The notes beneath the pieces are model-generated. The model saw only the letters and a program-made list of their open reading frames with translations, searched no databases and was not told the DNA's origin. A DNA stretch of 64,000 bases from Deltaproteobacteria bacterium. Lineage in GTDB: Bacteria; Myxococcota_A; UBA9160; SMWR01. The DNA lies in contig JAQBHB010000041.1 of NCBI GenBank assembly GCA_032128115.1, positions 164,851 through 228,850 of the forward strand, written 5' to 3'. The position numbers and the translations under genes were made by a program. Below are positions 1-9,756 of this stretch, piece by piece. How positions within the stretch are numbered: position 1 is the first letter of the stretch; every line of letters begins with the position of its first letter.

Positions 1-864
1 CCACACCAGATTGTTGCCGTTGAACAGCAGGCGGTGCAGCAGTCCGTTCATGGATTGGTTCTGGTGAAAGCTCTCGCCGTGTTGCCCCAGGTAGCTGAGA
101 GCCGACAGGTAGTCGACGCAATCCGCCCAGCCGTAGATCAACAGCGACACCGCCGCCAGCGGCACGAGGACGAGCCCCAGACCCGTTGCGAACTGCTTCT
201 GGCGGCGCAGGACGGCCCAGACCAGCAGCAGGGCCAGCGGCGGCTTGATGGCGCAGATCGCCCCGAACAGGGCACCCGACGCGCGGCGATGGCCGGTGAT
301 CCACGCCAGCAGTCCACCGGCGAACAGCGGGTTGATGAAGGTCTGGATCTGCCCGATGTGGTACGCGCGCACCACCGGGTAGAAGGTGAGGGTGAAGGCG
401 AGACCCAGGCCAACGAGCGCCGCCGTCTCGCCGGGCGGGCCCCGCAGGCGGGTTCCGCCCCCCGTGCTCAGCTTGAAGATCCATGCGGTCAGCACCGCGG
501 TGGCGACCACGGCCAGCCACGACAGCGTGTTCAGGAAGCCATCGCCCATGATCCCGAGCAGACGCAGGGGCTCCAGCAGCACCAGGCTGGTGGGAGGGTA
601 CTGGAACTTGACTCCCCGGTTCAGGAGTACCTCGGTGTAGAGCGGAAGAGTGTGGGGGGTGTGCAGGTAGCCCAACGCCTGGCGCATGGGCGTCCACGAA
701 TCGCTGCCTGCCTGACGCCCGAGGTAGGACGCGGTGAAACTCAAGGTGGTGGGCATGACCGACTGCCGGGGCAACGACGCCACGCTCCAGGCCAGGAGCC
801 CGTTCACCAGCAGCGCGTTGGTGGCGACGAATCCGGCGAGCCACGCAAGCAGGCGCGGCTTCAC
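1..864 (-). CDS. GT87/DUF2029-like polytopic glycosyltransferase (GT-C fold), 3' end outside the window
   Basis: Not in the ORF track; read manually. The GTG at 864 overlaps the glcF TGA (GTGA). It translates to MKPRLLAWLAGFVATNALLVNGLLAW...KFQYPPTSLVLL...GQIQTFINPLF...GAICAIKPPLALLLVW. The YPP, GQ and IKP motifs are typical of GT87. Confidence 0.7.
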   Translation of the reverse strand, partial: MKPRLLAWLAGFVATNALLVNGLLAWSVASLPRQSVMPTTLSFTASYLGRQAGSDSWTPMRQALGYLHTPHTLPLYTEVLLNRGVKFQYPPTSLVLLEPLRLLGIMGDGFLNTLSWLAVVATAVLTAWIFKLSTGGGTRLRGPPGETAALVGLGLAFTLTFYPVVRAYHIGQIQTFINPLFAGGLLAWITGHRRASGALFGAICAIKPPLALLLVWAVLRRQKQFATGLGLVLVPLAAVSLLIYGWADCVDYLSALSYLGQHGESFHQNQSMNGLLHRLLFNGNNLVW

Positions 865-2129
865 GGGGAATCCGCGCCGTAGGCTTCGGCCAGGATCTGC
901 ACCGGGTGCACCACGCGGGCGCGCAGCCCGGCGCGCACCACACCGGCGCGGAGCTGCATCAGACACCCCGGGTTGCCGGTCGCGATCACATCCGGATCCG
1001 CTGCCGCCAGCGAAGTGAGTTTGCGGTCGAGCACCGCCTGCGACATCTCCCGGTGGGTCAGGTTGTAGATTCCCGCCGCACCACAGCAGCTGGCCGCATC
1101 CTCGTGAGCCACCAGCGTAAGACCGCGAATCCGCGAAAGCAGCCGGCGCGGCGCCGCCTCCACCTTCTGGCCGTGCACCAGGTGGCATGGATCGTCGTAA
1201 CACACCCGCGCCTCGAAGACGCCCGGCGGATCGCGCAACCCCTTCTCGTCGAGAAACTCGCTCACGTCGCGCACGCCGTCGGAGAACGCGTCGGCCTCGC
1301 CGGGCAACCAGTGCCTCGTATCGCGCATGGCCGCACCGCAGCCCGCCGAGTTCACCACGATGGCATCCAGGTCGGCCCCGTCGAAGGCCGACAGGTTCCG
1401 CCGGGCCAGGCCGCGGGCAAAGTCCAGATCGCCCGCGTGGGCGTGAAGGGCCCCGCAGCAGGCCTGGGTCGGGGGCACCACCACGTCGAAACCATTGCGG
1501 GTCAGGACGTCCGCGGTGGCGGCATTCACGTCGGCGAACAGCTCCGGCATCACGCAACCCACGAACAGGCCCACGCGCCCGCGCCGCTCGCCCCGAGCGG
1601 GAAGGATCCCGGGGAGCGGCCGGCGCAGCGCGCGTGCCGGGACCCGAGGCAGCCCGGCCTGCAGCGCACGCAGCCCGCGCGGGAGCAGCGCGCAGCCCAG
1701 GCGATCGAGACCCAACCACTGCAGCATGGCCAGACCGTGGAAGAGCCAGCGCAGTCGTTTGCGATTCGGGATCAGATGTCGCAGCGCCAGGCGTTCGAGT
1801 GTTTTGGCGGGTCCCTTGCGAAGTTCGCTGGCTTCCACCTGGGAACGCGCCAACTCGAGCATGGAGCCGAAGCGGACACCCGACGGGCATGCCGTCTCAC
1901 ACGCGCGGCAGCCCAGACACAGGTACGCCTCGTCGGCCACGGTCTGCGAGAGATCGATGCGCCCCTCGGCTACAGCGCGAAACAGATAGATGCGACCGCG
2001 GGGCGACGAGATCTCGCTCCCGGTTTCGCGGTACGTGGGACAGGTGGGCAGGCACAGCCCGCAATGCACGCAATCGAGCGAATGCCCCAGGATCTCGTGC
2101 CAGACCTCCGCGTCGTTACCGGCCGCCAC
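861..2129 (-). CDS. glcF: Glycolate oxidase iron-sulfur subunit
   Basis: CVHCGLCLPTCP and CLGCRACETACP 4Fe-4S motifs, two CCG domains; downstream of glcD/glcE. Confidence 0.9.
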   Translation of the reverse strand: MAAGNDAEVWHEILGHSLDCVHCGLCLPTCPTYRETGSEISSPRGRIYLFRAVAEGRIDLSQTVADEAYLCLGCRACETACPSGVRFGSMLELARSQVEASELRKGPAKTLERLALRHLIPNRKRLRWLFHGLAMLQWLGLDRLGCALLPRGLRALQAGLPRVPARALRRPLPGILPARGERRGRVGLFVGCVMPELFADVNAATADVLTRNGFDVVVPPTQACCGALHAHAGDLDFARGLARRNLSAFDGADLDAIVVNSAGCGAAMRDTRHWLPGEADAFSDGVRDVSEFLDEKGLRDPPGVFEARVCYDDPCHLVHGQKVEAAPRRLLSRIRGLTLVAHEDAASCCGAAGIYNLTHREMSQAVLDRKLTSLAAADPDVIATGNPGCLMQLRAGVVRAGLRARVVHPVQILAEAYGADSP

Positions 2130-3365
2130 TCAGACGCACCCGGCGAAGCGGCCCGGGCTCAAGACGCCGCCCGGGTCGAAACGCTGCTTCAGGCTGCGCG
2201 CGAGGCGCCGGTTGGCCTCCCCCGCGCCGAACACATCGCGCCCCCGCTTGGCCCACGCCGGCGCCGACTCGCAAAGAAACCCACCCCCGGCCCGGCCCGC
2301 CACCCGCGCGGCCCGCTGGAAGACGGCGTGGAGTTCGTCCTCGTCACCGCTTTCCACGGAAAGCTCCGCGTACAACAGACCCAGTCCCGGGTATGCCACC
2401 ACCCGGTCGCTCGACGAGCAGAGCGCCTCCCAGGTGTCGGCGAAGCGCGTGGGCAGGGCATCGATCCGGAAGCGCAGCCCGCCGGTCTCCGGGGACGCGA
2501 ACGCAGCCGCACGCTCGACAGCGTCCGGCGCGGCAGGGCGGGCCCCGACCTGGGCTTCGAGCCATGCCGCGTCGCGCGCAACGCTTGCGGCATCGCCGGC
2601 GAGTTCCAGCACCAGGCGCGTCGCGCCCGAAGCCGCGACGAGGACTGCCGCGCGCACGCTGAATCGCCGGGCCGCCGCCATGCAGCGCTCGGCCAGACCC
2701 GGTAGCTCCGGATCCAGCGCCTCGACCACCCGGATCTCCTCGGGGCGGGGCCGAAGCCGCAGCCACGCGGACTCGATCACACACAGGGTCCCGAACGATC
2801 CCGTATAGAGCTTGTTCAGGTCGTAACCGGTCACGTTCTTCACCACGCGCCCGCCGCAACGCGTTCGCTCACCGGAGGCGAGCACCACCTGAAGGCCAAG
2901 CACCAGGTCGCGGGGGCGCCCGAAGCCCAATGCCCGAGGACCCACGGCCGCCGCGGCGAGCACGCCGCCCACCGTGGCCCCTGCTCCCGACGCGTCCAGG
3001 GGAAGCTCCCACCCGCCCGGGAGCACGCGCTCGCGCACCTGGGCCAGCGTCGTGCCGGCGTGCACCTGGCACACCCCATCGTCGGGATCGAACTCGGAAA
3101 CGCCCGACAGACGCTCGGTGGAGAGCCACACCAGGTCTTCGCGGTCCGGCAGGTTGCCAACACCCACGCGATTGCCTCCTCCCAGCACCACCGCCGAGAG
3201 TCCGACGGCGCCCAGGCTCATGAGGCTGCGCGCGAGCGACTCGCCGTCGGATGGGCGCAGTGTCACGTCGATGTCCACCCCGTCGAGCCTGCGGGGCGCG
3301 TGCTCCGAGATCGCGTCGACGCCCACTGCCGCCGCCAGCTTCGATCGCAGCTCTGCGGGAATCAT
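2130..3365 (-). CDS. glcE: Glycolate oxidase FAD-binding subunit
   Basis: GGRVVKNVTGYDL, GSFGTL and C-terminal FDPGGVLSPGR. The ATG at 3365 overlaps the glcD stop (ATGA). Confidence 0.85.
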   Translation of the reverse strand: MIPAELRSKLAAAVGVDAISEHAPRRLDGVDIDVTLRPSDGESLARSLMSLGAVGLSAVVLGGGNRVGVGNLPDREDLVWLSTERLSGVSEFDPDDGVCQVHAGTTLAQVRERVLPGGWELPLDASGAGATVGGVLAAAAVGPRALGFGRPRDLVLGLQVVLASGERTRCGGRVVKNVTGYDLNKLYTGSFGTLCVIESAWLRLRPRPEEIRVVEALDPELPGLAERCMAAARRFSVRAAVLVAASGATRLVLELAGDAASVARDAAWLEAQVGARPAAPDAVERAAAFASPETGGLRFRIDALPTRFADTWEALCSSSDRVVAYPGLGLLYAELSVESGDEDELHAVFQRAARVAGRAGGGFLCESAPAWAKRGRDVFGAGEANRRLARSLKQRFDPGGVLSPGRFAGCV

Positions 3366-4801
3366 GCGTCCAGCGGAACGCGATCGTAGCCGCGCGCCTT
3401 GGGATTGGCCTCGACGCAGAAACGCGTGGAGGGGAAGATCTTGCCGGGGTTGCACACGCAATCCGGATCGAAGCTGGCGCGCAGCCTCCGCATGGCATCC
3501 AGATCGCCCTCGCTGAAGAGAAGCGACATGAAGTCGCGCTTCTCGCTGCCAATGCCGTGTTCGCCGCTGATGACGCCGCCGGCTTCCACGCAGGTCTCGA
3601 GGATCTCGCTACCGGCTGCCATCACACGTGCGAGCTCGTCGGAATCGCGTCGGTCGAACGAGATGTTGGGATGCAGGTTCCCGTCGCCGGCGTGGAAGAC
3701 GTTGGAGAGTTTGAGCCCGTAGCGATCGCCGATGGCGCAGATCTTTTCCAGCACCTCGGGCAGGCGCGACCGGGGAACCACCGCGTCGTGAACGTAGAGG
3801 TCCGGAGCCAGTCGCCCCATGGCCCCGAAGGCGCCCTTGCGTGCTCGCCAGAAGCGCTGGCGCTCCGCGTCGTCGCGAGCCACCGCAACGCGGGTAGCAC
3901 CATTTGCGCCGGCGATCTCGCGCACGCGCTCTACCTGGGGCGGGAGCGAATGCCGTGGCCCGTCGAGCTCGACGATGAGCACGGCGCCGGCATCCGTGGG
4001 AAGACCCGCGGCGTAGACACTGGCTTCCACGGCGGCGATGGTGCGCTTGTCCACGATCTCGAGCGCCGCCGGAACCAGCCCGTCGCCGATGATGCACCCC
4101 ACCGTTCGACAGGCGGTCACCACATCGGGAAAGATCACCAGCAGGGTCTCCACCGATTCGGGGATCTCCTCGAGCCGCACGCTGGCCTTCGTGACCACGC
4201 CCAGGGTGCCTTCGGATCCCACCACGGCTCCCACCAGGTCGTATCCAGCAGACCAGCCGGTGTCGGAGCCCAGGGTCACCAGCTCTCCGTCGGGAAGCAC
4301 CAGATCCAGTGCCAGCACGTGGTTGGTGGTGGTTCCGTACTTCAGGGTGTGAGGCCCACCCGCGTTCTCGGCGATGTTGCCGCCGATGGTGCAGGCGAAC
4401 TGACTCGAGGGATCCGGCGCATAGAAGAGACCGTGGCCGACCACCGCTCTTGAAATATCGGCGTTTATCACGCCCGGCTCCACAACGGCGCAGCGATCTT
4501 CCGGGCTCACGTGGAGAATGCGGTTCATCCGCGAGCACTCGATCACGACCGAGCCCTCGTTGGCCACGGCTCCGCCCGAGAGGCCGGTTCCGGCCCCGCG
4601 CGGCACGAAGCTGGCGCCGTGCTCCCGGCAGGCCTTCACGATGGCAACCACGTGATCGGCGCAGCTGGGAAAAACCACCACCCCGGGCGTGCCCGTATGC
4701 AAGGTGAGCCCGTCGCACTCGTAGACGAGCAACTCCTCCGGACGTCGCAGGCAGGCCTGCTCCCCGACGACGGACACCAATGCGTCGATGAGCGTGGACA
4801 T
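3362..4801 (-). CDS. glcD: Glycolate oxidase subunit (FAD-linked oxidase)
   Basis: PRGAGTGLSGG, YAPDPSSQ, ENAGGPHTLKYG, HAGDGNLHP and GEHGIGSEK. Start taken at MSTLIDAL (4801). Confidence 0.9.
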   Translation of the reverse strand: MSTLIDALVSVVGEQACLRRPEELLVYECDGLTLHTGTPGVVVFPSCADHVVAIVKACREHGASFVPRGAGTGLSGGAVANEGSVVIECSRMNRILHVSPEDRCAVVEPGVINADISRAVVGHGLFYAPDPSSQFACTIGGNIAENAGGPHTLKYGTTTNHVLALDLVLPDGELVTLGSDTGWSAGYDLVGAVVGSEGTLGVVTKASVRLEEIPESVETLLVIFPDVVTACRTVGCIIGDGLVPAALEIVDKRTIAAVEASVYAAGLPTDAGAVLIVELDGPRHSLPPQVERVREIAGANGATRVAVARDDAERQRFWRARKGAFGAMGRLAPDLYVHDAVVPRSRLPEVLEKICAIGDRYGLKLSNVFHAGDGNLHPNISFDRRDSDELARVMAAGSEILETCVEAGGVISGEHGIGSEKRDFMSLLFSEGDLDAMRRLRASFDPDCVCNPGKIFPSTRFCVEANPKARGYDRVPLDA

Positions 4802-4860
4802 GACCGGGGAATTGTATTTCTTTGGCGCGGGCCGCGCCGGAGGGCGCCCGGCGCCGGGGT

Positions 4861-5898
4861 TCATGCGAGACCCAGGCGCTCCAGGTCTTCTTCGCTCAGG
4901 CCCAGGTGGTGCCCGACCTCGTGTCGCACGGTGATCTGGATCTGCTCGATCAGGTCGTCGCGGTCGCGACAGACCTTCTCCAGGTTGCGCTTGAACAGGA
5001 CGACGCGGGTCAGCTCGGTGGGCTGGCTGGTGACCTCGGCCTCGGTCCGCGGAACACCGTAGTAGAGGCCCAGGATCTGCGGCGAGATGTTCTCCCGACC
5101 CAGGAGATCCTCGGACGGGTAGTCCTCGATCAGTATGGGAACGTCGGAAACGTACTCGCGGATCGAGCGCGGCAGATTCTCGAGCGCCTCGTCCGCCGCG
5201 CGACGGAACATGGCCTCGTCCACTTCGGAGGGCAGCGGATACTGCTCCGGATCGAGGGAGTTGGCGCGACCGAAGGCGCGCTGGGACTCGTCGGCCTCGT
5301 CCAGCCGCTCGAGCACCAGACCCAGGTAATAGGCGGCGTGAGCCGATTCGGCATCCAGGCGAACGGCCATATCGAGACAGCGACGCGCCTCCTCGAAGCG
5401 ACCCAGCTCGAAGAGGATCTGACCCTCGAAGGCCCGATAGAAGCCCTGGTCACCCGCGGTCTTGAGGGCGCGACGCACCAGAAACAGGGCGCCGTCCAGG
5501 TCGTCCATGTAGAACACGGCCTTGGCCTTGAGATAGTGGACCTCGGCCTCGGTACCGCGGTCCAGGCGCGGGAATCCGGGGCTGCCGGACATCAGCTCGT
5601 CGCAGAGCTGCACGGCCTGTTCCAGCTCGGCCATGTCTTCGACAAGCAGCTCGATGCGGTTCAGGTGGGCCGGAACGAATTTGACATCGGCCTGCAGCGA
5701 GCGCTCGAACTCGTGCAACGCTTCGTCGAGTCGCGAGCTCTCCGAGAGAATCTCGCCGCGCTGGTTGTAGGCTTCCGCGCCATCCGGGACGGCGAGGATC
5801 GCTTCATCGAGCCAGGCGAGCGCCTCATCGGTGCGCCCGCTGTGGGAAGCGTCCATGGCCTGGTCCAGACAGTCCCAGTAGCGGTCTTTGTCTTTCAT
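4861..5898 (-). CDS. TPR-repeat protein with C-terminal zincin-like metallopeptidase (Zincin_1/DUF1025-type)
   Basis: TPR-like helical repeats (AEAYNQRG, AAYYLGLVLE) followed by LGLYYG...ITVRHEVGHHLG (HExxH). Confidence 0.8.
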   Translation of the reverse strand: MKDKDRYWDCLDQAMDASHSGRTDEALAWLDEAILAVPDGAEAYNQRGEILSESSRLDEALHEFERSLQADVKFVPAHLNRIELLVEDMAELEQAVQLCDELMSGSPGFPRLDRGTEAEVHYLKAKAVFYMDDLDGALFLVRRALKTAGDQGFYRAFEGQILFELGRFEEARRCLDMAVRLDAESAHAAYYLGLVLERLDEADESQRAFGRANSLDPEQYPLPSEVDEAMFRRAADEALENLPRSIREYVSDVPILIEDYPSEDLLGRENISPQILGLYYGVPRTEAEVTSQPTELTRVVLFKRNLEKVCRDRDDLIEQIQITVRHEVGHHLGLSEEDLERLGLA

Positions 5899-5946
5899 CT
5901 TTCCGTCGCTGGAAGGGGGGGGCAGACCCCAGCCGGTTGAACGCTC

Positions 5947-5955
5947 AGAATAGCA
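5947..5955 (-). promoter_or_regulatory. Possible extended -10 promoter (TGcTATTCT) for the TPR-zincin gene
   Basis: TGnTATTCT on the minus strand about 50 bp upstream of the ATG at 5898; no clear -35. Confidence 0.3.
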
Positions 5956-6095
5956 GACACGGCCACTCGACCTCGCTTCGGGTCCCCGTCGGGACCAGTT
6001 GGCAAGTGGCTGGCTTCATTGACGTTTTTCCAATCTTTTCGAAACCCGGATGAGCCGTTCCGCAGACCGCAGCAGAGACTCCAAACCGCTGTTTT

Positions 6096-6114
6096 GACGG
6101 TCTTTTCGACCGTC
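6096..6114. other. Perfect 7-bp hairpin just downstream of the zinc-ribbon gene
   Basis: GACGGTC-TTTTC-GACCGTC. No U-tract follows it on the minus strand, so a terminator role is uncertain. Confidence 0.35.
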
Positions 6115-6125
6115 TCGGACCCGGC

Positions 6126-6863
6126 TCAGGAGGCAGCGCTGGCCTCGGAACTGGGCTCTTCCCGGGGCTGATGGATCAGGATCCGGGTGCAGTTGCCACA
6201 GGTGATGATCTCCTCGCCCCTCAGGATCTCGATGTAGCGCTGCGGCGGGATGTTGACCCGGCAGCCCTGACAGAGCTCACCCGAGACCATCGCGATGGCC
6301 GGGCTCCGCCGCCTGGCGATGCGGGTGTACTGGGTGAGCAGGGGGGCAGCCACGCCTCCGGCCACGCCTTCACGCTGGGAGCGCAGGGCCGCGAGCTCCG
6401 TCCGCAGCTCCTGTTCGCGGGCGTCGAGGGCCTTGGCCTCGTCGTCCAGGCGACTCCCGACCACGAAGGCCTCGGATTCGGCCTCGGCCTGGCCGATGCC
6501 GGCTTCCTCGATCGTCTCCATGCACTCGAGAATGGCAGTCTCGCAGTCCGAGATGCTCTGCTTGGCGCGCTCCATTTCGTGGAGCAGCGCCGTGTAGGCT
6601 TCGTTGGTCTTGACCTGGAATTGTTGGCCTTCCAGTCGCTGCAACACGGCCTGCTGATCGGCGAGCTGGGCCTCGACGCGACGCTGCTCGGCCTCGGCGG
6701 CCCGTACGGCCTCGCTGGCTGCCTCCACGCGTTGGTCGCACTCGGCCCGCTGCTGCGCCCGGGCTTCGCGCTGACCGGGCATGGCGGCCTGCTCGTCTTC
6801 CATGTGCGCGAGTTGATCGTCGAGGCCTTGCAGCTCGACCAGCTTGTCCAGATCCTTGACCAT
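6126..6863 (-). CDS. Coiled-coil protein with C4 zinc ribbon (DUF164/CT398/HP0958-like)
   Basis: LVELQGLD N-terminus, long heptad coiled coil, KTNEAY, CQGC...CGNCTRIL. Confidence 0.85.
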   Translation of the reverse strand: MVKDLDKLVELQGLDDQLAHMEDEQAAMPGQREARAQQRAECDQRVEAASEAVRAAEAEQRRVEAQLADQQAVLQRLEGQQFQVKTNEAYTALLHEMERAKQSISDCETAILECMETIEEAGIGQAEAESEAFVVGSRLDDEAKALDAREQELRTELAALRSQREGVAGGVAAPLLTQYTRIARRRSPAIAMVSGELCQGCRVNIPPQRYIEILRGEEIITCGNCTRILIHQPREEPSSEASAAS

Positions 6864-6906
6864 TCCCCCGGGAGTCTACTACCGATTGCCGGCCGCGGGG
6901 GCCGAT

Positions 6907-8346
6907 TCAATCCAGGTAGCCCAGGTTCCGGAGCCTCTCCCGGTCCTCCTCCGAGATTTCGCGTCCTGCGCTCAGCTCCTCCGGGTCCTGGCGCGCCATC
7001 CAGGCCGCCAGATGGGCCTTGAGCACGGCCACCTCGGGCCGGTCGGCGGCGTAGAGGTTGATCTTCTCCTCGGGGTCCTCGCTCACCTGGAAGAGATCCC
7101 ACGCCAGGGAATCCACCTGGAAGGGCGTGAAGATCAGCTTCCAGTCGCCCAGCAGCACGGCCCGGAAGCGCCCGGCCGTATCGTTCCGAACCCGGCGCCT
7201 GACCGCCTCGGGAAAGTACGAATGGCCGCTCTCGATGAAGACAGGCTCGGAATCGAGAGCCTCGCCTCGCATGCATGCCACCAGCGAGCGACCCTCGAGC
7301 TGCTCCCGGGCCTCGGGCGGTAGCTCGCGCCCCAGGAGTTCGACGAGTGTGGGCACCACATCCACCAGCGAGACCCAGCCACCGCAGCGGCCCGACCCGG
7401 ATTGCGGATGCGATTCCGGGAGCACCACCGCCAGGGGAACCCGGGATTCGGCGTTGTACACGTAGTCGCCGTGGTCGAAGTAGAAGTGGTGCTCGCCCAG
7501 GCTCTCGCCGTGGTCCGCCGTGAAGATCACGATGAGATCTCCCCCCGTGTGGTCGCGGAAGCCGCCCACCAGGCGCTCGATCTCCGGATCCATGCTGGCC
7601 ACGTCGGCGGCGTACAAGCGGCGCACGTGCTCGTTGACGGAATCCGGCAGGTCATTCTCGTGAGTCACCTGGCGCTTGGAGAGCTCGCGGGGATATGCGT
7701 GTCGCGGCGGCGACATTTCGCCGAACTGGAAGCGGTAGGGGCCGCGGTAATCGGGATCGAACTCGGCGGCGATGGCCGGGTCCGGGTGGTAGGGCACGTG
7801 GGGATCGATGTAGTGCACCCACGCGAACAGCGGATAGGCGGGATCGAAGCGCCGCAGCTGGCGCAGCGCCGCGTTCGTGGTGGCCCGCGCGTCGCGTGCG
7901 TCGGGGGCCATGTCGTAGACCTCGAAGCCCCGGTCCAGGCGGCGGCTGCGGGGCAGCACGTGATTGCTCACCACCGCCATCGTGCCGTAGTCCCACCCGC
8001 CCAGGATCTCCGCCAGCGGGATGACGTCGTCTGACAGGGAGTCGGTGAGGGTTCGCACCCGCGTCGTGTGGGGGTAAGCGCCGGTCAGCAGCGAGGCCAG
8101 CGCAGGAGTCGTGCGCGGTACGGGAGACACCGCCTGCTGGAAGTAGAACCCCTGCGCCAGCAGCGAGTCCACGAAGGGCGTGGTGGGGCGGTCGTAGCCG
8201 CTGGCGCTCAAGTAGTCCGGGCGCAAGGTGTCGACGGAGACCAGCAGCACGCTGAGATCGAGGGGGTCGGGTCGGGCACAGGCCAGGAGGAGCGTCGAGA
8301 CAACGACCCCCGGCACCGCGTACCCGCATCGGATCTGCCATCCCAT
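6907..8346 (-). CDS. Sulfatase-like (alkaline phosphatase superfamily) lipoprotein with Thr at the nucleophile position
   Basis: Lipobox LLLAC; VDTLRPD; PRTTPALASLLTG; HYIDPH; ADHGE; C-terminal LRNLGYLD. Confidence 0.8.
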   Translation of the reverse strand: MGWQIRCGYAVPGVVVSTLLLACARPDPLDLSVLLVSVDTLRPDYLSASGYDRPTTPFVDSLLAQGFYFQQAVSPVPRTTPALASLLTGAYPHTTRVRTLTDSLSDDVIPLAEILGGWDYGTMAVVSNHVLPRSRRLDRGFEVYDMAPDARDARATTNAALRQLRRFDPAYPLFAWVHYIDPHVPYHPDPAIAAEFDPDYRGPYRFQFGEMSPPRHAYPRELSKRQVTHENDLPDSVNEHVRRLYAADVASMDPEIERLVGGFRDHTGGDLIVIFTADHGESLGEHHFYFDHGDYVYNAESRVPLAVVLPESHPQSGSGRCGGWVSLVDVVPTLVELLGRELPPEAREQLEGRSLVACMRGEALDSEPVFIESGHSYFPEAVRRRVRNDTAGRFRAVLLGDWKLIFTPFQVDSLAWDLFQVSEDPEEKINLYAADRPEVAVLKAHLAAWMARQDPEELSAGREISEEDRERLRNLGYLD

Positions 8347-8418
8347 GGAGGATCCAGACTAGTTCACCGGGCTGCACACGGCTTCGCCTCTCGGGGCGGG
8401 TCCCCCTATGTTGTGGCC

Positions 8419-9747
8419 ATGACCCCGAAGTCGCGGGCCGTGGCCACGCAACTGGGCGTGGCCGGCCTCTTGCTGGCTGTCTACCTCTTCTCCTCGTTCG
8501 AACTCTCCGGCAGCGCCCGAATCCTCGAGCTCAACAGCGCGATCTTCGACATCGACGCGGGGCGGGTGGTGGGAGACTGGACCGGCAACGGGCCTGGCCG
8601 CCGCACCCACGTGCACCCGCTGGCCAAACTCGCCCTGGCTCCCCTGGGAACGGGGTTGCGCTTCTCGCTCGGCCTGGGCGACCTGGGAGCCGCGCGCTGG
8701 CTCACGGCCCTTGCCATGACCCTGAACGCCCTGTTGGTGGGACGCCTCGCCGTGCAACTGACCGGCGGGGAGCGAACTCCCGGCTGGGTGGCCGCGATCG
8801 TGTGCGGCGTGTCCTTCTCCTCGGTGCTGCTGGCAAGTGTTCCGGACACGGCCTCCGTCTCGGGCCTGGCCAGCGTGGTGCCCCTGCTCTACCTGAATCG
8901 TCGCTGGGGCAGAACGTTCGGCCGAGGCGAGGTGCTGGCCTGGGGCGCCATCGGCGTGCTGTGCATCGCCTTCACCATCACCCAGGCGATGCACTGGGGC
9001 ATTGCATTGGCGGTGCGCGCGCTTTCGCCGGCGCGTCCCCCCGGTACCGGCAATGCGCGGCTGGCGGGGCGGTTCGCAGCTGCCGCCGCCGTGTGCGCCC
9101 TCGTGACCCTGGGCGCGGTGGAGCTGCAGCAGGCGCTGTATCCCGGAACGGGGCGCTTCTACGCCCGCAAGTCGCCCGATCGCGAGCTTCGGAGCTTCGG
9201 CCGCTTCGACAGCATCACGGCAACCCCCCTGCTCCACGCCACGCGCCTGGCCAATCACTTCGCCGGCGTGAACTTCGTGGCGCCCTTCCCGGGCTACTCG
9301 GACTTCGTCATGCGGCGCTGGCACCAGGGCTACTGGTCCCTCTCCCTGGAACAGGCGCGACCCGGGAGCTGGCACCCGGCGCAATGGGGGCTCTTCGCGG
9401 TGTGGCTTCTGGTGCTGCTGCCCACCGGCCTGTGGTTCGCGCGATTCGATCGGCGCTTCCTGGCGCCACTGCTCTGCATCGCGAGCCAGTTCGCCCTGCA
9501 CTTCTTCTACGGGCGCGAGTACATCCTCTACTCGCCCAATTGGCACGGCGTGGTCACGGCAGTGCTGGTGGCGGCGGCATGGAACGGACTCGGCCCGCGG
9601 CGCAGCTGGCTGCCTGCGGCGGCCGCGGCCTTCTCGCTGGCGCTCGCCATCAACAGCCTGGCGGTGATGAACCGGGTGTATCGCGAGGTAGAGGGCGGAA
9701 TGGAGCAGATCCACCGCGACCCCGACGGCCGACTGCGGAATCGCTAG
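8419..9747 (+). CDS. Polytopic membrane protein, possibly GT-C-like
   Basis: About 10 hydrophobic segments; FDID and HVHPL motifs in the first loop; start taken at MTPKSRAV. Confidence 0.55.
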   Translation: MTPKSRAVATQLGVAGLLLAVYLFSSFELSGSARILELNSAIFDIDAGRVVGDWTGNGPGRRTHVHPLAKLALAPLGTGLRFSLGLGDLGAARWLTALAMTLNALLVGRLAVQLTGGERTPGWVAAIVCGVSFSSVLLASVPDTASVSGLASVVPLLYLNRRWGRTFGRGEVLAWGAIGVLCIAFTITQAMHWGIALAVRALSPARPPGTGNARLAGRFAAAAAVCALVTLGAVELQQALYPGTGRFYARKSPDRELRSFGRFDSITATPLLHATRLANHFAGVNFVAPFPGYSDFVMRRWHQGYWSLSLEQARPGSWHPAQWGLFAVWLLVLLPTGLWFARFDRRFLAPLLCIASQFALHFFYGREYILYSPNWHGVVTAVLVAAAWNGLGPRRSWLPAAAAAFSLALAINSLAVMNRVYREVEGGMEQIHRDPDGRLRNR

Positions 9748-9756
9748 AGCTTCCGC

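Noticed and set aside
5899..6125. RNase P RNA (rnpB), which often follows the zinc-ribbon gene
   Set aside because: No GAGGAAAGTCC or AGAACCCGGCTTA-type conserved motifs, and the gap is too short.
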